Shown in pieces: positions 51,651 through 62,656 of a DNA stretch of 64,000 nucleotides; within the stretch, counting starts at the first letter, position 1, and the number at the start of each line of letters is the position of its first letter. The notes under the pieces are model-generated. The model was not told the DNA's origin. It saw only the letters and a program-made list of their open reading frames with translations, and ran no database searches. Made by a program: the position numbers and the translations under genes. Source of the DNA: an uncultured archaeon (GTDB taxonomy: Archaea > Thermoproteota > Bathyarchaeia > Bathyarchaeales > Bathycorpusculaceae); NCBI GenBank assembly GCA_963810275.1, contig CAWENF010000003.1, positions 115,855-179,854 of the forward strand, written 5' to 3'.

Positions 51651-52079
51651 GTCTATTCATGGTCTCCTGTGTGTATTGGTTTAGACTGTCGTCTATTGGA
51701 GAAAAATGTTTTGAAAATTTTTTGCTGATTTCAGAGGGTATTCTGGGCATTTTAGTAGAAGTGTACCCGACGATCCCAGCTATTGAGGTGACGATCCCTC
51801 ATGTCCATACCTCTTAAATCTCCAGTTCTTAAAGCGTAAGGGAATTTTAAATAAAAACATTTTGGTACAATGCTCCGGGGATGTACAGAGACATTGAACT
51901 AAGCCTTCTCAGGGAAACCTTTACGAGAATACTTTAATAATCCTGTAACCCAAAAGCAAGTATTAAACAAACGAAAGCAATGTTTCCGATGCTTGCAGTG
52001 GATTTTGATAGCGCCCAACTAACCAGTTCAACCCATCCGCAATTCTTAACCTTTATTTTGCACCGAAAGTAAACTAAAG

Positions 52080-53136
52080 TTGGCTTTTAGGGGACTTATT
52101 TTGGCGGAAGCAACCATTCTAGGCACAGTCATAGACGTTGCAATCATCGTTGTAGCATTCGTAGTTCTAAACTACGCCAGCAACACCACCATAAACAACG
52201 CCGTCAAAGTCGCCAACATTACCCGCCTCGGAAAAACAGCCGTGGGTTTTACCCTCATCGCCTTTTCCACATCCCTACCCGAATTAACAGTGGCACTAAC
52301 CGCGGCGGCTACGGGCGATGCTTCAATTTCAATCGGCAACGTTCTGGGCTCAAACATATTTAACATCTGTATCGTCGTCGGATTAGCTGGACTACTGCTT
52401 TATTACCTGCACGCGAGGCGCCAACGCAAACAACATACAGAACACAAACACATCCCCCAAAATATCGTGTTCTCACTGGAAAAAACAGAGTTAAACAGCA
52501 TCTACTTCGGTCTATTCATCTCCTCAGTAATCCCACTAGTTTTGATTTTCATTTCAGAAGCGACCTGGGTTGTGGGACTGGTTTTAATAGGCATATTCAT
52601 CGGCTACATGTACCAGCTCTCCAAAGTCCGAATCAACACTCAAACCAACGGAAAAACAACCCCCGAAGACAAAAAAAGACTCAAAAGATACATAGCATCT
52701 AACCGCGGTAGGTGCATTAGGCGTTGTTGGAGGCGCCTATTTCCTTGTAGAATCAGCCGTCAATGTCGCCCAAGCAGCTGGACTGTCAGAAGAAATAATT
52801 GGCGCCACCATAATTGCCTTCGGAACAAGCCTGCCAGAGTTAACCCTAGATTTGAAAGCGATTCTAAGGGGTCATGCGGGGCTAGGAATCGGCGACGTAG
52901 TGGGCAGCAGCTTCATTAACATCACTTTGATTCTGGGGGTCTCCCTTTTGGTACCATTCCTTTTAGGTACAACTATAGCCATATCTGCGGGGGTTTTCCG
53001 TAACCTTTTGTTATTCTCAATTATAGCTAACCTGCTGTTCTGGTACTTCCTCTCCAGAGGACGAATAGGCTACAAAGAAAGCGCCGTTTTCCTTTTCATT
53101 TATGCGCTATTTTTTATCACAACCATAGGACTCTAA
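52080..53136 (+). pseudogene. Na+/Ca2+ exchanger (CaCA family) with frameshift near 52698
   Basis: STSLPEL..GNVLGSN in the first half; GTSLPEL..GDVVGS in the shifted frame. Confidence 0.8.
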
Positions 53137-53156
53137 ACTATAAAAGAAAAGTAGAG

Positions 53157-54674
53157 CTAAGAGGTTTGTTTGCCGTTATAGCTTGTCGCCAACACATTCA
53201 TGCCTGACAAGACAGCTTCTATGCTGGCTTTCACGATGTCCTCCCGCAAGCCCATAGCAGTCACCGTACGGTTGCCTCTCCGTAAGTGTACGACGACTTC
53301 AACCATGGCATCAGTACCGCCCGTTATTGCTTTAACGTCGTACTGCTCCAAGATGATGGGTTCGGTTTCTTTAATGGCATCTTTGACAGCGTTTATAGTG
53401 GCGTCGACGGGTCCGACTCCAATAGCACTGCCCCAAACATCCTTGCCATTGAGCTTCAAACGAACGGAAGCAGTGCTGGTGACTTTGTTACCGCCCACAA
53501 ACGTCATCTCTTGAAGCTGGATGGGTTTCTCTCCACTTAAGCCCATAACGGTCTCTGCAATAGCCAGAACATCGGCATCCATGACGGCTTTGCCCTTGTC
53601 ACCGAGCTCTTTGATCCGCTGCATGACTTCCTTGAACTGCTCCTCGCTTGGTTTTAGTCCCATATTGGCAAGGTCGTTGCGGATAGCGCTACTGCCACTA
53701 TGCTTTCCAGGGGCAATACGGCGTGTGCAGCCGACAAGTTCAGGCGCTATGGGCTCGTACGTAAGCGGGTTAGCCAGCACGCCTTGGGTATGGATCCCTG
53801 ACTCATGTGTGAATGCATTTTCGCCTACTACTGCCTTGTTGGGCTGTGTATGAATGCCTGTTAGTCTGCTTACGAGTTGGCTGGTGCTGTAGAGCAATTC
53901 CGTTTTAATGTTGAGGTCAACCCTGTAAAAAGTCCGCAACGCCACAACAATTTCCTCCAAAGCAGCGTTGCCCGCACGTTCACCTAACCCGTTGACGGTC
54001 GCATGGCATTCCTCAACACCTACGCCCAAGGCAGCGATGCTGTTAGCAACGGCCATACCAAAGTCGTTGTGGCAATGCACCGCCAGAGGCACTTTTATGT
54101 GATCTTTTAGTTTAGTAAAAAACTCTACAGTGCGTTCGGGTGTTAGGTATCCGACTGTGTCGCAGGGTGTTACTCGGTCGCAGCCCGCAGAGACGGCGGT
54201 CTGGAACACCTTTGTGAGATAATCCAAATCCGAGCGGGTTGCGTCCTCCGCCAAAAGCTCGACGATTAAGCCGTGGTCTTTAGCGTACTGCACACAATCC
54301 TCAGTCGATTTTAGCATTTGCTCGCGGTTTTTTCTTAGTTTGCACTCGATATGTAAGTCACTTGTAGGTATAATCATGCTCATGGCAGAGGCGCCGCTTT
54401 TGATTACGGCGTCGATGTCGCCTCGGGTGCCGCGTCCTGCACTGCTGACTTCCGCGCGCAACCCCTGCTTAGCGATTACGCTGATAGATTTCAGCTCGCC
54501 CTCAGATACCGCTGCGAACCCTGCTTCAATAACGTCTACACCGAGTTCGTCGAGTTTCTGGGCAATTCGCAGTTTGTTTTCAGGAACTAATGATACCCCG
54601 GGTGTTTGTTCACCATCGCGCAGGGTGGTGTCTAAAAATTTTATGGTTTTAGGGAAGCGGTTGAATAAAGCAAT
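53157..54674 (-). CDS. cimA: LeuA paralog, probably (R)-citramalate synthase; no canonical in-frame start codon
   Basis: Frame open upstream of the track start through [17 protein letters not shown]; HCHND and GERAGN motifs; ATT at 54674 is a candidate start. Confidence 0.7.
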   Translation of the reverse strand: MALFNRFPKTIKFLDTTLRDGEQTPGVSLVPENKLRIAQKLDELGVDVIEAGFAAVSEGELKSISVIAKQGLRAEVSSAGRGTRGDIDAVIKSGASAMSMIIPTSDLHIECKLRKNREQMLKSTEDCVQYAKDHGLIVELLAEDATRSDLDYLTKVFQTAVSAGCDRVTPCDTVGYLTPERTVEFFTKLKDHIKVPLAVHCHNDFGMAVANSIAALGVGVEECHATVNGLGERAGNAALEEIVVALRTFYRVDLNIKTELLYSTSQLVSRLTGIHTQPNKAVVGENAFTHESGIHTQGVLANPLTYEPIAPELVGCTRRIAPGKHSGSSAIRNDLANMGLKPSEEQFKEVMQRIKELGDKGKAVMDADVLAIAETVMGLSGEKPIQLQEMTFVGGNKVTSTASVRLKLNGKDVWGSAIGVGPVDATINAVKDAIKETEPIILEQYDVKAITGGTDAMVEVVVHLRRGNRTVTAMGLREDIVKASIEAVLSGMNVLATSYNGKQTS

Positions 54675-54752
54675 ACCCCATTGTAGGTCACTTCTTATTT
54701 CAAGGGGATAACGGTGGATATAAGAATTATGGTGTCGCGGTTTTGAGCAGCT

Positions 54753-55050
54753 TCACAACCAAGAACCTGAAGCTTCTGTGCCCTTGTTTTTGAGTAAATG
54801 CAATATGCTTTTTGGGCTTTCAACCACCGTTTCCTTGTCTACAGCTAACGTTTCTTCACTAACCTCGACTGATCCTCTGCCTTTGAGGATATAAAAAACA
54901 CGTCTACTGAAATTGTGTCTCTCCTGAGTGATCACCGGGTTTTAGTGTAATGTGGATGATTTCGGCGTCAGGGGAAGTGTAGATTTTTCGGACGTCTACA
55001 CCATGGGGGTTATGGAAGAATTTTGTTTGGGTTACTTTTGCAACTTTCAT
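54753..55050 (-). pseudogene. Cupin-domain protein, multiply frameshifted
   Basis: MKVAKV..NPHGVDVRKIY..HITLKPG then stop; FYILKGRG..SPKSILH in another frame. Confidence 0.7.
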
Positions 55051-55264
55051 AATTTATACGAAGCTAACGTCTGTTATTGAGATTGTCTCGAACATTTAAA
55101 GTTTCAGGATTTGAGGTTGTCAGATTAACCAATTGTTATACTTTAAAATCGTTAAAAAAACTTCAAGTTTCATGACAAAACCCTGAAAAAGCATTAATTT
55201 TATGATTATATGCACTTTAATTACGTTAACTATTTATACATCTAATAAGCAAGATTTATTTTAA

Positions 55265-55378
55265 GATAGTTGCCTAATATTTGGGCAATTGAGGGATACA
55301 TTTGGTATAACCAGCTCTCCCGAGCCGCTTGAGCCTTGTGTCTCCGCCTTCCAGGGCTGCCCAATGTTAGGCACTATC
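55265..55378. ncRNA. Candidate structured RNA or inverted-repeat element
   Basis: ~21-bp bulged terminal stem plus inner helices; TTTATA ~30 nt upstream on the plus strand. Confidence 0.4.
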
Positions 55379-55594
55379 AAATGTAGCTTCTTCATTCGCT
55401 TACTTGGTATTTAAAAATTATTGACATGGAACTGATTAGCGTCTTGGGGAAAAACTCACTGCTCAAAAGCCTGAACATCAAAAATACAAAGCAAAAACGC
55501 AATACTATCCGCGTTTTTTCCATGGATTTTAACCTCAGTACAACCGATTTAGTAGGTAAAAAAGCCCAGTGAAGGATTGATAAGTGGGAGAAAT

Positions 55595-55714
55595 GTTGCC
55601 AGCTTTCCCAGGTTCACGTGGCCGAAGACCACACTACAGCTGGAAACGGAACACGGTTTAACTTCTGAGTTCGGAACGGGATCAGGTGGAACCCGCGCCC
55701 TATGACCGGCAAAC
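55595..55714 (-). rRNA. rrf: 5S rRNA (stand-alone)
   Basis: GATCCCGTTCCGAACTCAGAAGTTAAAC conserved core; paired ends; CTTATAAG TATA 30 nt upstream. Confidence 0.95.
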
Positions 55715-55907
55715 TTGTAGCTAATAAACAGTTGTCCTTATAAGTGTTGCTTTAGCGGGAGCCTTGATTACTAAGGCAACTTTAGGAAAATGTAAGCTTA
55801 ATTTTTAGTTAGATTTCCATTTTTTGGCTACATTCTGCGAATACATAATCTAAAATGCGTTTCCAAAAAACCTTAATAGAGATTTTGTTGAGTAAACTCA
55901 TAATTAA

Positions 55908-56620
55908 TGGAGCAAAACTTTTCTAAAAAGAATGGGGCAACGGTCAACCAGTTGTGTTTAGTCACAGGTAGCATCTGTGTAGCGTGCATTTGAAGATTAA
56001 ATGTTCTCACATTACTACAAACGCATCGCAGCCGAGCGCTGAGGACGGCAGGTCAAGTCAGCCGTGGGAGGGAAATTACATAGACACCCACGCCGACGAC
56101 CTCAATGAACCTTTAGAAAAGTTGTTCGTAGAAGAAGCGGTCCTCGTTGGTCACTCGACGGGTGGGGGAGAAGTCGTCCACTACGTAGCAGAAAGATTCG
56201 CCAAGCTGTCTTGGCGGAGCGCAGTCAATTCTTCAAAGACTTAAGCATGACCTTCTACGGCTACAACCGAGCAGTCGTAGTACTTTCGGATGCGTACGCA
56301 ACGAGTTCTGGCGGCAGAGTAGGATGGGAGGGCTACAGGCAGCTTACTTCTGTATCAAGGCGTTTAGCGAAACCGCTTTCGTAAACAAACTTGGAAAAAT
56401 CGACGTCCCAACCCTTATCCTGCATTGAGACGACGACCAAATTGTACCTATCAACGACTCTGCAAAGCTCTCGGCGAAGCTCATCAGAAACTCTATGCTT
56501 AAAATTTATCCAGGTGCACCGCATGACATGTGCAGGATACTTAAGCGTCCGGTAATCAAGGATCTTTTAGCGTTATTCAAGGCGAATTCAAAGCGGCAGG
56601 CAGCAGCACCAATTATGTAA
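55908..56620 (+). pseudogene. Non-heme chloroperoxidase-like alpha/beta hydrolase, decayed
   Basis: Fragments WGNGQPVVFSH, GRSSQPW, VLVGHSTGGGEV and IDVPTLILH*DDDQIVP..YPGAPH with stops and frameshifts. Confidence 0.8.
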
Positions 56621-56686
56621 ACGTTTCACCGTTCTTTCTTTTTAAAATAGATATTATTTTAGTTGAAAAAGAAGAAAAAGGCTGGT

Positions 56687-59600
56687 TTACCACTGCTTCC
56701 AGGGCAAGTCGTCCATGTACTCGTTTAAGCTACGTATGGCGTTGCCGTTCTGGTTCTTGTGCCGCATAACATCTACCAACGCCTGAGCCAACTGCAGATT
56801 AGTGATCACTGGCACGTTGAATTCGACTGCTTGGCGCCGGATTACGTAGCCGTCGGTGATGATGTCGCTCATGTTGCTTTTACGGTTCGCTATAGGCACG
56901 TTTATGACCAGATCGATTTTGCGTTCCTGCAAGTAGTCCAGTATGTTTGGGGTTACGTCGGGGTCTTTGACTTTATGCAGCACAGTTGTGTGAATACCGT
57001 GCGCTTCAAGCGCTTTAGCTGTGTTTTTAGTTGAATAGATTGTAAAGCCCATCTCTGCAAACGCCTGCGCTATGGAAACTACACGAGCTTTACGTTCAGC
57101 ATCGCCGCCAACACTAATCAGGACTTTGCCACCTTTCGGAGGAATAGTAAACTCAGCGGACTGCAGCGCCTTGCTAAAAGCGTCGGCAAAGTTTTCGCCT
57201 ATGCACGCTACTTCGCCTGTGCTAAGCATCTCAACACCTAAGACGGGGTCGGCTCCGCTGAGGCGCATGAAGCTGAACTGGGGCACTTTAACGCCGACAT
57301 GGGACGCCGTCTGCATAGGGGAGAGCTTGACGCCATCAATTTTTTTTCCAAGCATAGCAAGTGTGGCGAGCTCGATTAGGTTTATGCCTCTGGTTTTGCT
57401 CACAAACGGCATAGAACGCGATGCCCGCAGATTGCATTCGATAACATTAACCACGTCATCCTTGACAAGGTACTGAATATTGTAGGGGCCATGAATATTG
57501 AGCGCTTTAACGATTTTGATCGTTGCAATTTCTATTTCTTTTTGCACTTCTGTCTTGAGCGCTTGGGGCGGGATGGTCATTGTTGCGTCACCGCTGTGCA
57601 CGCCTGCGTTTTCCACGTGCTCCATGATGGCGCCGATTAGGACGTTTTCGCCATCTGAGACGCCGTCCACTTCTACTTCCTTGGCTCTTGTTATGAATTT
57701 ACTGATAACCACGGGATGGTCGCGGCTTACTTTGGCAGCTAAGTTAAGGAAGTTCTCTAATGCAACTTCGTTGTATGCGACGCGCATAGCTGAGCCGGAC
57801 AGTACGTAGCTTGGACGTACCAGTACTGGGTAGCCAATTTTGGTTGCAAACCGTTTCGCTTCGTCTATGGATTGGAGTTTGCTCCAACCTGGCTGGTGGA
57901 TTCCGAGTTGGTCGAGAAGGGCACTGAATTTGCTTCTGTCCTCTGCCAAATCCACGTCCTGCGCAGATGTGCCTAAGATTTTTGCGCCTGCCTCTGAAAG
58001 TGGCATGGAAAGGTTGTTTGGGATTTGTCCGCCCACGCTGGTTATAATGCCCATTGGGCATTCTTTGTCGTAGATGTCTAGGATGCGTTCGACTGAGAGT
58101 TCTTCAAAGTACAGTTTGTCAGATATGTCGTAATCGGTGCTGACAGTTTCGGGGTTGTAGTTGACCATTATGGCTTCTTTTATGCCGTTTTTCTTTAGCG
58201 CCCAAATCGTGTTAACGCCGCACCAGTCAAACTCTACACTGCTACCGATTCGGAAGACACCAGCGCCCAAAACTATGACTTTGCTTTGAGTTTTTGTGAA
58301 CTCGATGTCATCTTCGTCGCCGCCATAGGTCATATATAGGTAGTTGGTTTTAGCTGGCCATTCCGCTGCCAATGTGTCTATTTGCTTCACAACGGGGGTG
58401 ATGCCGTTGTTTTTGCGGAAAGCCCGAATGTTCATCATATCCGTGCATCGACAAACTGCTATTTGTTCATCAGAAAAACCGATGCGTTTAGCCTCGCGGA
58501 TAACTTCAACTGCTTCGTGGTCGGCTAAGTTAAGTTCTTTGAGTTTTTGCTCCACGTTGACGATGTTTTGGATTTTATACAGGAAGAAAGGATCTACGCC
58601 ACTTAAGCGGTAAATCTCTTCTACAGAGAGACCGATTTTGAGGGCTTTGGCAATTTTGTAGAGACGTTCATCTGTGGGGTGCGCCATTTCATCTCTGAGG
58701 TGCGCTTCAGATTCAGGTTCCTCATCTTCGGGGTTACAGACCAAGCCGATTTTTCCCGTGTCCAACATACGAACAGCTTTCTGAAGCGCTTCCTCGAAGC
58801 ATCTGCCGATAGCCATAACTTCTCCGACACTGCGCATCTGCGGTCCGACGTGGCGATCTGCGTTTTTGAATTTTTGAAGGTCCCAGCGAGGGATTTTGAC
58901 GGTTATATAGTCGAGTGCTGGTTCGAAGCAGGCGGTTGTTACTTCGGTGACTTTGTTAACTAGTTCGGGGAGGGTGTAGCCGAGTGTTAGTTTAGTTGCT
59001 ATATAGGCAAGTGGGTAGCCTGTGACTTTGCTGGCTAAAGCAGAGCTACGGGACATTCGTGAGTTGACTTCGATGACGCGGCATTCTTCTGATTTGGGAT
59101 GGAGTGCCCATTGGATGTTGCATTCTCCGACGATGCCAAGACTGCGGATGGCGTTAATAGAAATTGAGCGAATTTGATGGTATTCGCGGTTAGTCATTGT
59201 CTGGCTTGGCGCAACGACTATGCTGTCGCCTGTGTGGATACCCATGGGGTCAAAGTTCTCCATGTTACACACGGTGAGGCAGTTGTCAGCGTAGTCACGC
59301 ATCACTTCGTATTCGACTTCTTTCCAGTGCCCCACATACTCTTCCACGAGCACTTGGCTGATGCGGCTCTGAGCGATTCCGATGGTTGCAATTTCCTTGA
59401 GTTCATTTTGGTTATGAGCAACACCTGCACCTTTACCACCCAAAGTATAAGCAACACGAACCATGACGGGGTAGCCGATTTCATCCGCGATGTCCAAGGC
59501 CTGTTTAACGCTGGTTGCAGCGCAGCTTTTTAGGAATGGAACGCCTGCTTTCTGCATGGCTTGGCGGAACCGTTCTCGGTCACCCGTGTCCTCAATAGCT

Positions 59601-59962
59601 TTAACAGGGGTACCCATCACTTTGACGTTGTACTTCTGCAGTACGCCTTTCTTTTCAAGTTCTAAGCCGCAGTTAAGCGCTGTTTGTCCGCCAAAACCAA
59701 GTAGGATACCGTCGGGGCGTTCTTTTGCGATTACTTTCTCCACGAACTCGGGCGTTACGGGCAAGAGGTATACTTTGCCGCTGAGTCGGGGGTCAGTTTG
59801 GATGGTTGCGATGTTTGGATTAACGATTACAGTTTCAATACCGTCTTCACGCAGAGCTTTTAGGCATTGGCTCCCGCTGTAGTCGAATTCTGCTGCTTCT
59901 CCGATTTTAATGGCGCCGCTGCCCAAGACAAGAACTTTTTTTATCCAGTCAAACTTTGGCAT
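56687..59962 (-). CDS. carB: Carbamoyl-phosphate synthase large subunit
   Basis: GSGAIKIG..EFDYSG; duplicated ATP-grasp; MGS domain. Confidence 0.98.
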   Translation of the reverse strand: MPKFDWIKKVLVLGSGAIKIGEAAEFDYSGSQCLKALREDGIETVIVNPNIATIQTDPRLSGKVYLLPVTPEFVEKVIAKERPDGILLGFGGQTALNCGLELEKKGVLQKYNVKVMGTPVKAIEDTGDRERFRQAMQKAGVPFLKSCAATSVKQALDIADEIGYPVMVRVAYTLGGKGAGVAHNQNELKEIATIGIAQSRISQVLVEEYVGHWKEVEYEVMRDYADNCLTVCNMENFDPMGIHTGDSIVVAPSQTMTNREYHQIRSISINAIRSLGIVGECNIQWALHPKSEECRVIEVNSRMSRSSALASKVTGYPLAYIATKLTLGYTLPELVNKVTEVTTACFEPALDYITVKIPRWDLQKFKNADRHVGPQMRSVGEVMAIGRCFEEALQKAVRMLDTGKIGLVCNPEDEEPESEAHLRDEMAHPTDERLYKIAKALKIGLSVEEIYRLSGVDPFFLYKIQNIVNVEQKLKELNLADHEAVEVIREAKRIGFSDEQIAVCRCTDMMNIRAFRKNNGITPVVKQIDTLAAEWPAKTNYLYMTYGGDEDDIEFTKTQSKVIVLGAGVFRIGSSVEFDWCGVNTIWALKKNGIKEAIMVNYNPETVSTDYDISDKLYFEELSVERILDIYDKECPMGIITSVGGQIPNNLSMPLSEAGAKILGTSAQDVDLAEDRSKFSALLDQLGIHQPGWSKLQSIDEAKRFATKIGYPVLVRPSYVLSGSAMRVAYNEVALENFLNLAAKVSRDHPVVISKFITRAKEVEVDGVSDGENVLIGAIMEHVENAGVHSGDATMTIPPQALKTEVQKEIEIATIKIVKALNIHGPYNIQYLVKDDVVNVIECNLRASRSMPFVSKTRGINLIELATLAMLGKKIDGVKLSPMQTASHVGVKVPQFSFMRLSGADPVLGVEMLSTGEVACIGENFADAFSKALQSAEFTIPPKGGKVLISVGGDAERKARVVSIAQAFAEMGFTIYSTKNTAKALEAHGIHTTVLHKVKDPDVTPNILDYLQERKIDLVINVPIANRKSNMSDIITDGYVIRRQAVEFNVPVITNLQLAQALVDVMRHKNQNGNAIRSLNEYMDDLPWKQW

Positions 59963-59964
59963 AT

Positions 59965-61125
59965 TTATGGCGCCTCCAAGGTTTTTGCGAATTTATCAAA
60001 CAGTAACTCCGTATCAAATGGACCTGGGCACGCTTCAGGGTGCCATTGCACTGCGAACACAGGTTTGGTTTTGTGTTGGACACCTTCAGTTGATTTGTCA
60101 TTGGGATTTAGAAACCATGGTTCTAAAGGTGTGTTTTTAAGTGAGTCCATGTTTATTGCGTACCCGTGGTTTTGGGTGGTTATGTAACAGCGACGGCTTT
60201 CCAAGTCCAGTGCGGGTTGGTTTTGGGCGCGGTGACCAAACTTCATCTTGTAAGTGTCGCCGCCAAGCGCCAAAGCCAAGATTTGGGCGCCAAGACATAT
60301 GCCCATCATCGGTTTTGTCTCGCTGAGTTCACGAATTGCATGGATTGTTTTGAAGCATTTTTTGGGGTCGCCGGGTCCGTTGCTTATGAAAATGCCGTCG
60401 GGTTTGTAGTTTAAGATATCTTGTGCGGATGTGTCGTAGGGGACGCGGACGACGGTTATACCGCGTTTTAAGAGGTTTCTTATGATGCTGGATTTTACTC
60501 CGCAGTCGATTAGTACAACGGTTTTTTTGCCCTCAACTTTGTAGATTAGGGGTTTTTTGACTGAGACTTCTTTGACGAGGTCTGTTTGGTTGGGGTCGGC
60601 GATGTTTCTACTGCTCTGTAAAAGTACGTTAATGTCTGGTTCTTCACCTTCCTCGAAAACCTGCAGAATACCTAGCATGACTCCGCGGGTGCGTAGCTTC
60701 TTGGTTAAACGTCTAGTGTCTACGCCGTAGATGCCGGGAACACCTTCGTCTTCAAGCCATTGGTCTAGAGTGCGGCTGGATGCCCAGTGGAATGGTTCAT
60801 GGCAGAGTTCATGGATGATTATGCCTTGAGGTTGAATATGCGCAGATTCAAAGTAAAGCGGCAGCCCACATTCCATGACTTTGTCTGGAACGCCGTAGTT
60901 GCCGACCATCGGATAAGTGAAAGTTAAAACCTGCCCCTTATACGACGGGTCCGTCAACGCTTCGGGGTAGCCCACCATCTGTGTGGAAAAAACGACTTCA
61001 CCCGAAATTTTTGCTGTTGCACCAAAACCTTTACCGATAAATGACGTTCCGTCTTCGAGAAGCAGAACCGCTTTTTTATTATTTCTGTTGGACGTGCTAT
61101 CTTGTGGAGCCAAAGCCCTATTCAA
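59965..61125 (-). CDS. carA: Carbamoyl-phosphate synthase small subunit
   Basis: LTDPSY, SNGPGDP, GICLG and QWHPE motifs. Confidence 0.97.
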   Translation of the reverse strand: MNRALAPQDSTSNRNNKKAVLLLEDGTSFIGKGFGATAKISGEVVFSTQMVGYPEALTDPSYKGQVLTFTYPMVGNYGVPDKVMECGLPLYFESAHIQPQGIIIHELCHEPFHWASSRTLDQWLEDEGVPGIYGVDTRRLTKKLRTRGVMLGILQVFEEGEEPDINVLLQSSRNIADPNQTDLVKEVSVKKPLIYKVEGKKTVVLIDCGVKSSIIRNLLKRGITVVRVPYDTSAQDILNYKPDGIFISNGPGDPKKCFKTIHAIRELSETKPMMGICLGAQILALALGGDTYKMKFGHRAQNQPALDLESRRCYITTQNHGYAINMDSLKNTPLEPWFLNPNDKSTEGVQHKTKPVFAVQWHPEACPGPFDTELLFDKFAKTLEAP

Positions 61126-61142
61126 CCTATCAGTTTAAATTT

Positions 61143-62639
61143 TTAAGTCTTACTGTTTTGGGGTTTCTCAGCCGAATAATTGTTGACTACAGCGTCTATT
61201 TTATGTTCGGCTTCGCAAAGCGATGTTTTCAGCGCATTTATTGTTTTTGTAAATTCAGCAATGATTTTTTGGTGTTTTTCTATGGATTTGTGCGTCGCTG
61301 TGGGTGATGGTCCGCCTTGAGCCTCATATGAATGGATGATTTTATGTAAATCTGTACATGACGCTAAATCTTGGCTTTTGACTGCCAACTGGAAGCCCGC
61401 TGATTCCAAAGCAGCCTTCTCTAGAAGCTCAGGCGATGCGTCTTTTAGCGTCTTTTTCTGGTCAATAAGCGTCTTGACGAGGGCACCGACGATTTTGTGA
61501 GATATGCGGAAAGCCACTCCGTACTTACTTACCAGCATATTTGCGACTTCGGTTGCTTCCACGAAGCCCTTTGCTGCTTTTTCTTCAATGCCGACGGTTA
61601 TGACTTTTATGTTTGGAACAAGTGCCGTGAATATACGAAGTGACCCTTCCAAGTTGTCTGTTGCTGCCCAAAGCTTCGGCGTAACCTCTTGGAGATCTAA
61701 GTTGTAAGTTGTAGGCAAACTCTTGACAATACCAGCTGCCGCCATGAAATCAGCCAGTGCATAACTAGCTCGGGCACGAATAACCTCAAGCACTTCAGGG
61801 TTCTTTTTCTGCGGCATAATACTGCTGGTGGATGTGAACTCGTCAGGCAACTCGATTGTTCCAAACTCTGCAGAACTCCAGACTATGAGGTCTTCTGCGA
61901 AGCGGCTCAAATTAATTGCCACAAGCGCCAGCGCCGCTTGGGTTTCAACAATGAAGTCCCGGCTACCAACTGCGTCCAGCGAGTTCTCCAACACATCGGC
62001 AAAGCCCAGAAGCTCAGCGGTGCGTGCTCGGTTGATGGGGAAGCTTGTGGTTGCTAATCCACCTGCACCCAACGGGCACAAATTCACCCGCTCGTAGGCG
62101 CTGATTAGGCGTTGCAGGTCCCGCCCCAAAACCTGGACGTGCAGTAGAAGGTAATGGGCGTAGGTTACAGGTTGCGCCGCCTGTAAGTGAGTGTACTCGA
62201 GGATTATGGTGTTTGTGTGCGCTTTGGCTGCTTCTAAGAGCGCTTGCTGCATTGCCGCTATCTGCTCCATTAGCGTGAGCAGTTGAGTTCGGAGTGCCAT
62301 TCGAATCGCGGTGGCTGTTTGGTCGTTTCGGCTCTTGGCAATGTGCAGGTTTCCTCCTACTTCGGGGCCCGTCAGCGCTATAACCGCTTCTTCGACTGCC
62401 ATGTGGATGTCCTCGGCGTTTGGGTCAAGCTCAGAGCTATTCTGCTTTTGGAGTGCAGAAAGAAGTCTACCGCCAACCTCAGGAGCGATGATTTTCTGCT
62501 CGGTGAGCATGGCGACGTGAGCTTTGTTTATGGCTAATACAGAATCAGCTAACCGCGCATCAGCCTTGCGGGAACTACAAAACTGGGCAACGTCAATGCG
62601 GACTTCGCCGAGTCTTCCGCCATGTAGGATCTTTGACAC
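61143..62639 (-). CDS. argH: Argininosuccinate lyase
   Basis: EDIH, SRNDQ, THLQ.AQP and SSIMPQKKNP motifs. Confidence 0.97.
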   Translation of the reverse strand: MSKILHGGRLGEVRIDVAQFCSSRKADARLADSVLAINKAHVAMLTEQKIIAPEVGGRLLSALQKQNSSELDPNAEDIHMAVEEAVIALTGPEVGGNLHIAKSRNDQTATAIRMALRTQLLTLMEQIAAMQQALLEAAKAHTNTIILEYTHLQAAQPVTYAHYLLLHVQVLGRDLQRLISAYERVNLCPLGAGGLATTSFPINRARTAELLGFADVLENSLDAVGSRDFIVETQAALALVAINLSRFAEDLIVWSSAEFGTIELPDEFTSTSSIMPQKKNPEVLEVIRARASYALADFMAAAGIVKSLPTTYNLDLQEVTPKLWAATDNLEGSLRIFTALVPNIKVITVGIEEKAAKGFVEATEVANMLVSKYGVAFRISHKIVGALVKTLIDQKKTLKDASPELLEKAALESAGFQLAVKSQDLASCTDLHKIIHSYEAQGGPSPTATHKSIEKHQKIIAEFTKTINALKTSLCEAEHKIDAVVNNYSAEKPQNSKT

Positions 62640-62656
62640 GCCTTAGCCCTCCCAAA

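Noticed and set aside
55261-55395. 44-aa minus-strand ORF with repeated PNI/PNV motifs
   Set aside because: The repeats largely follow from the quasi-palindromic stem, and the nearby TATA would place the TSS downstream of its ATG
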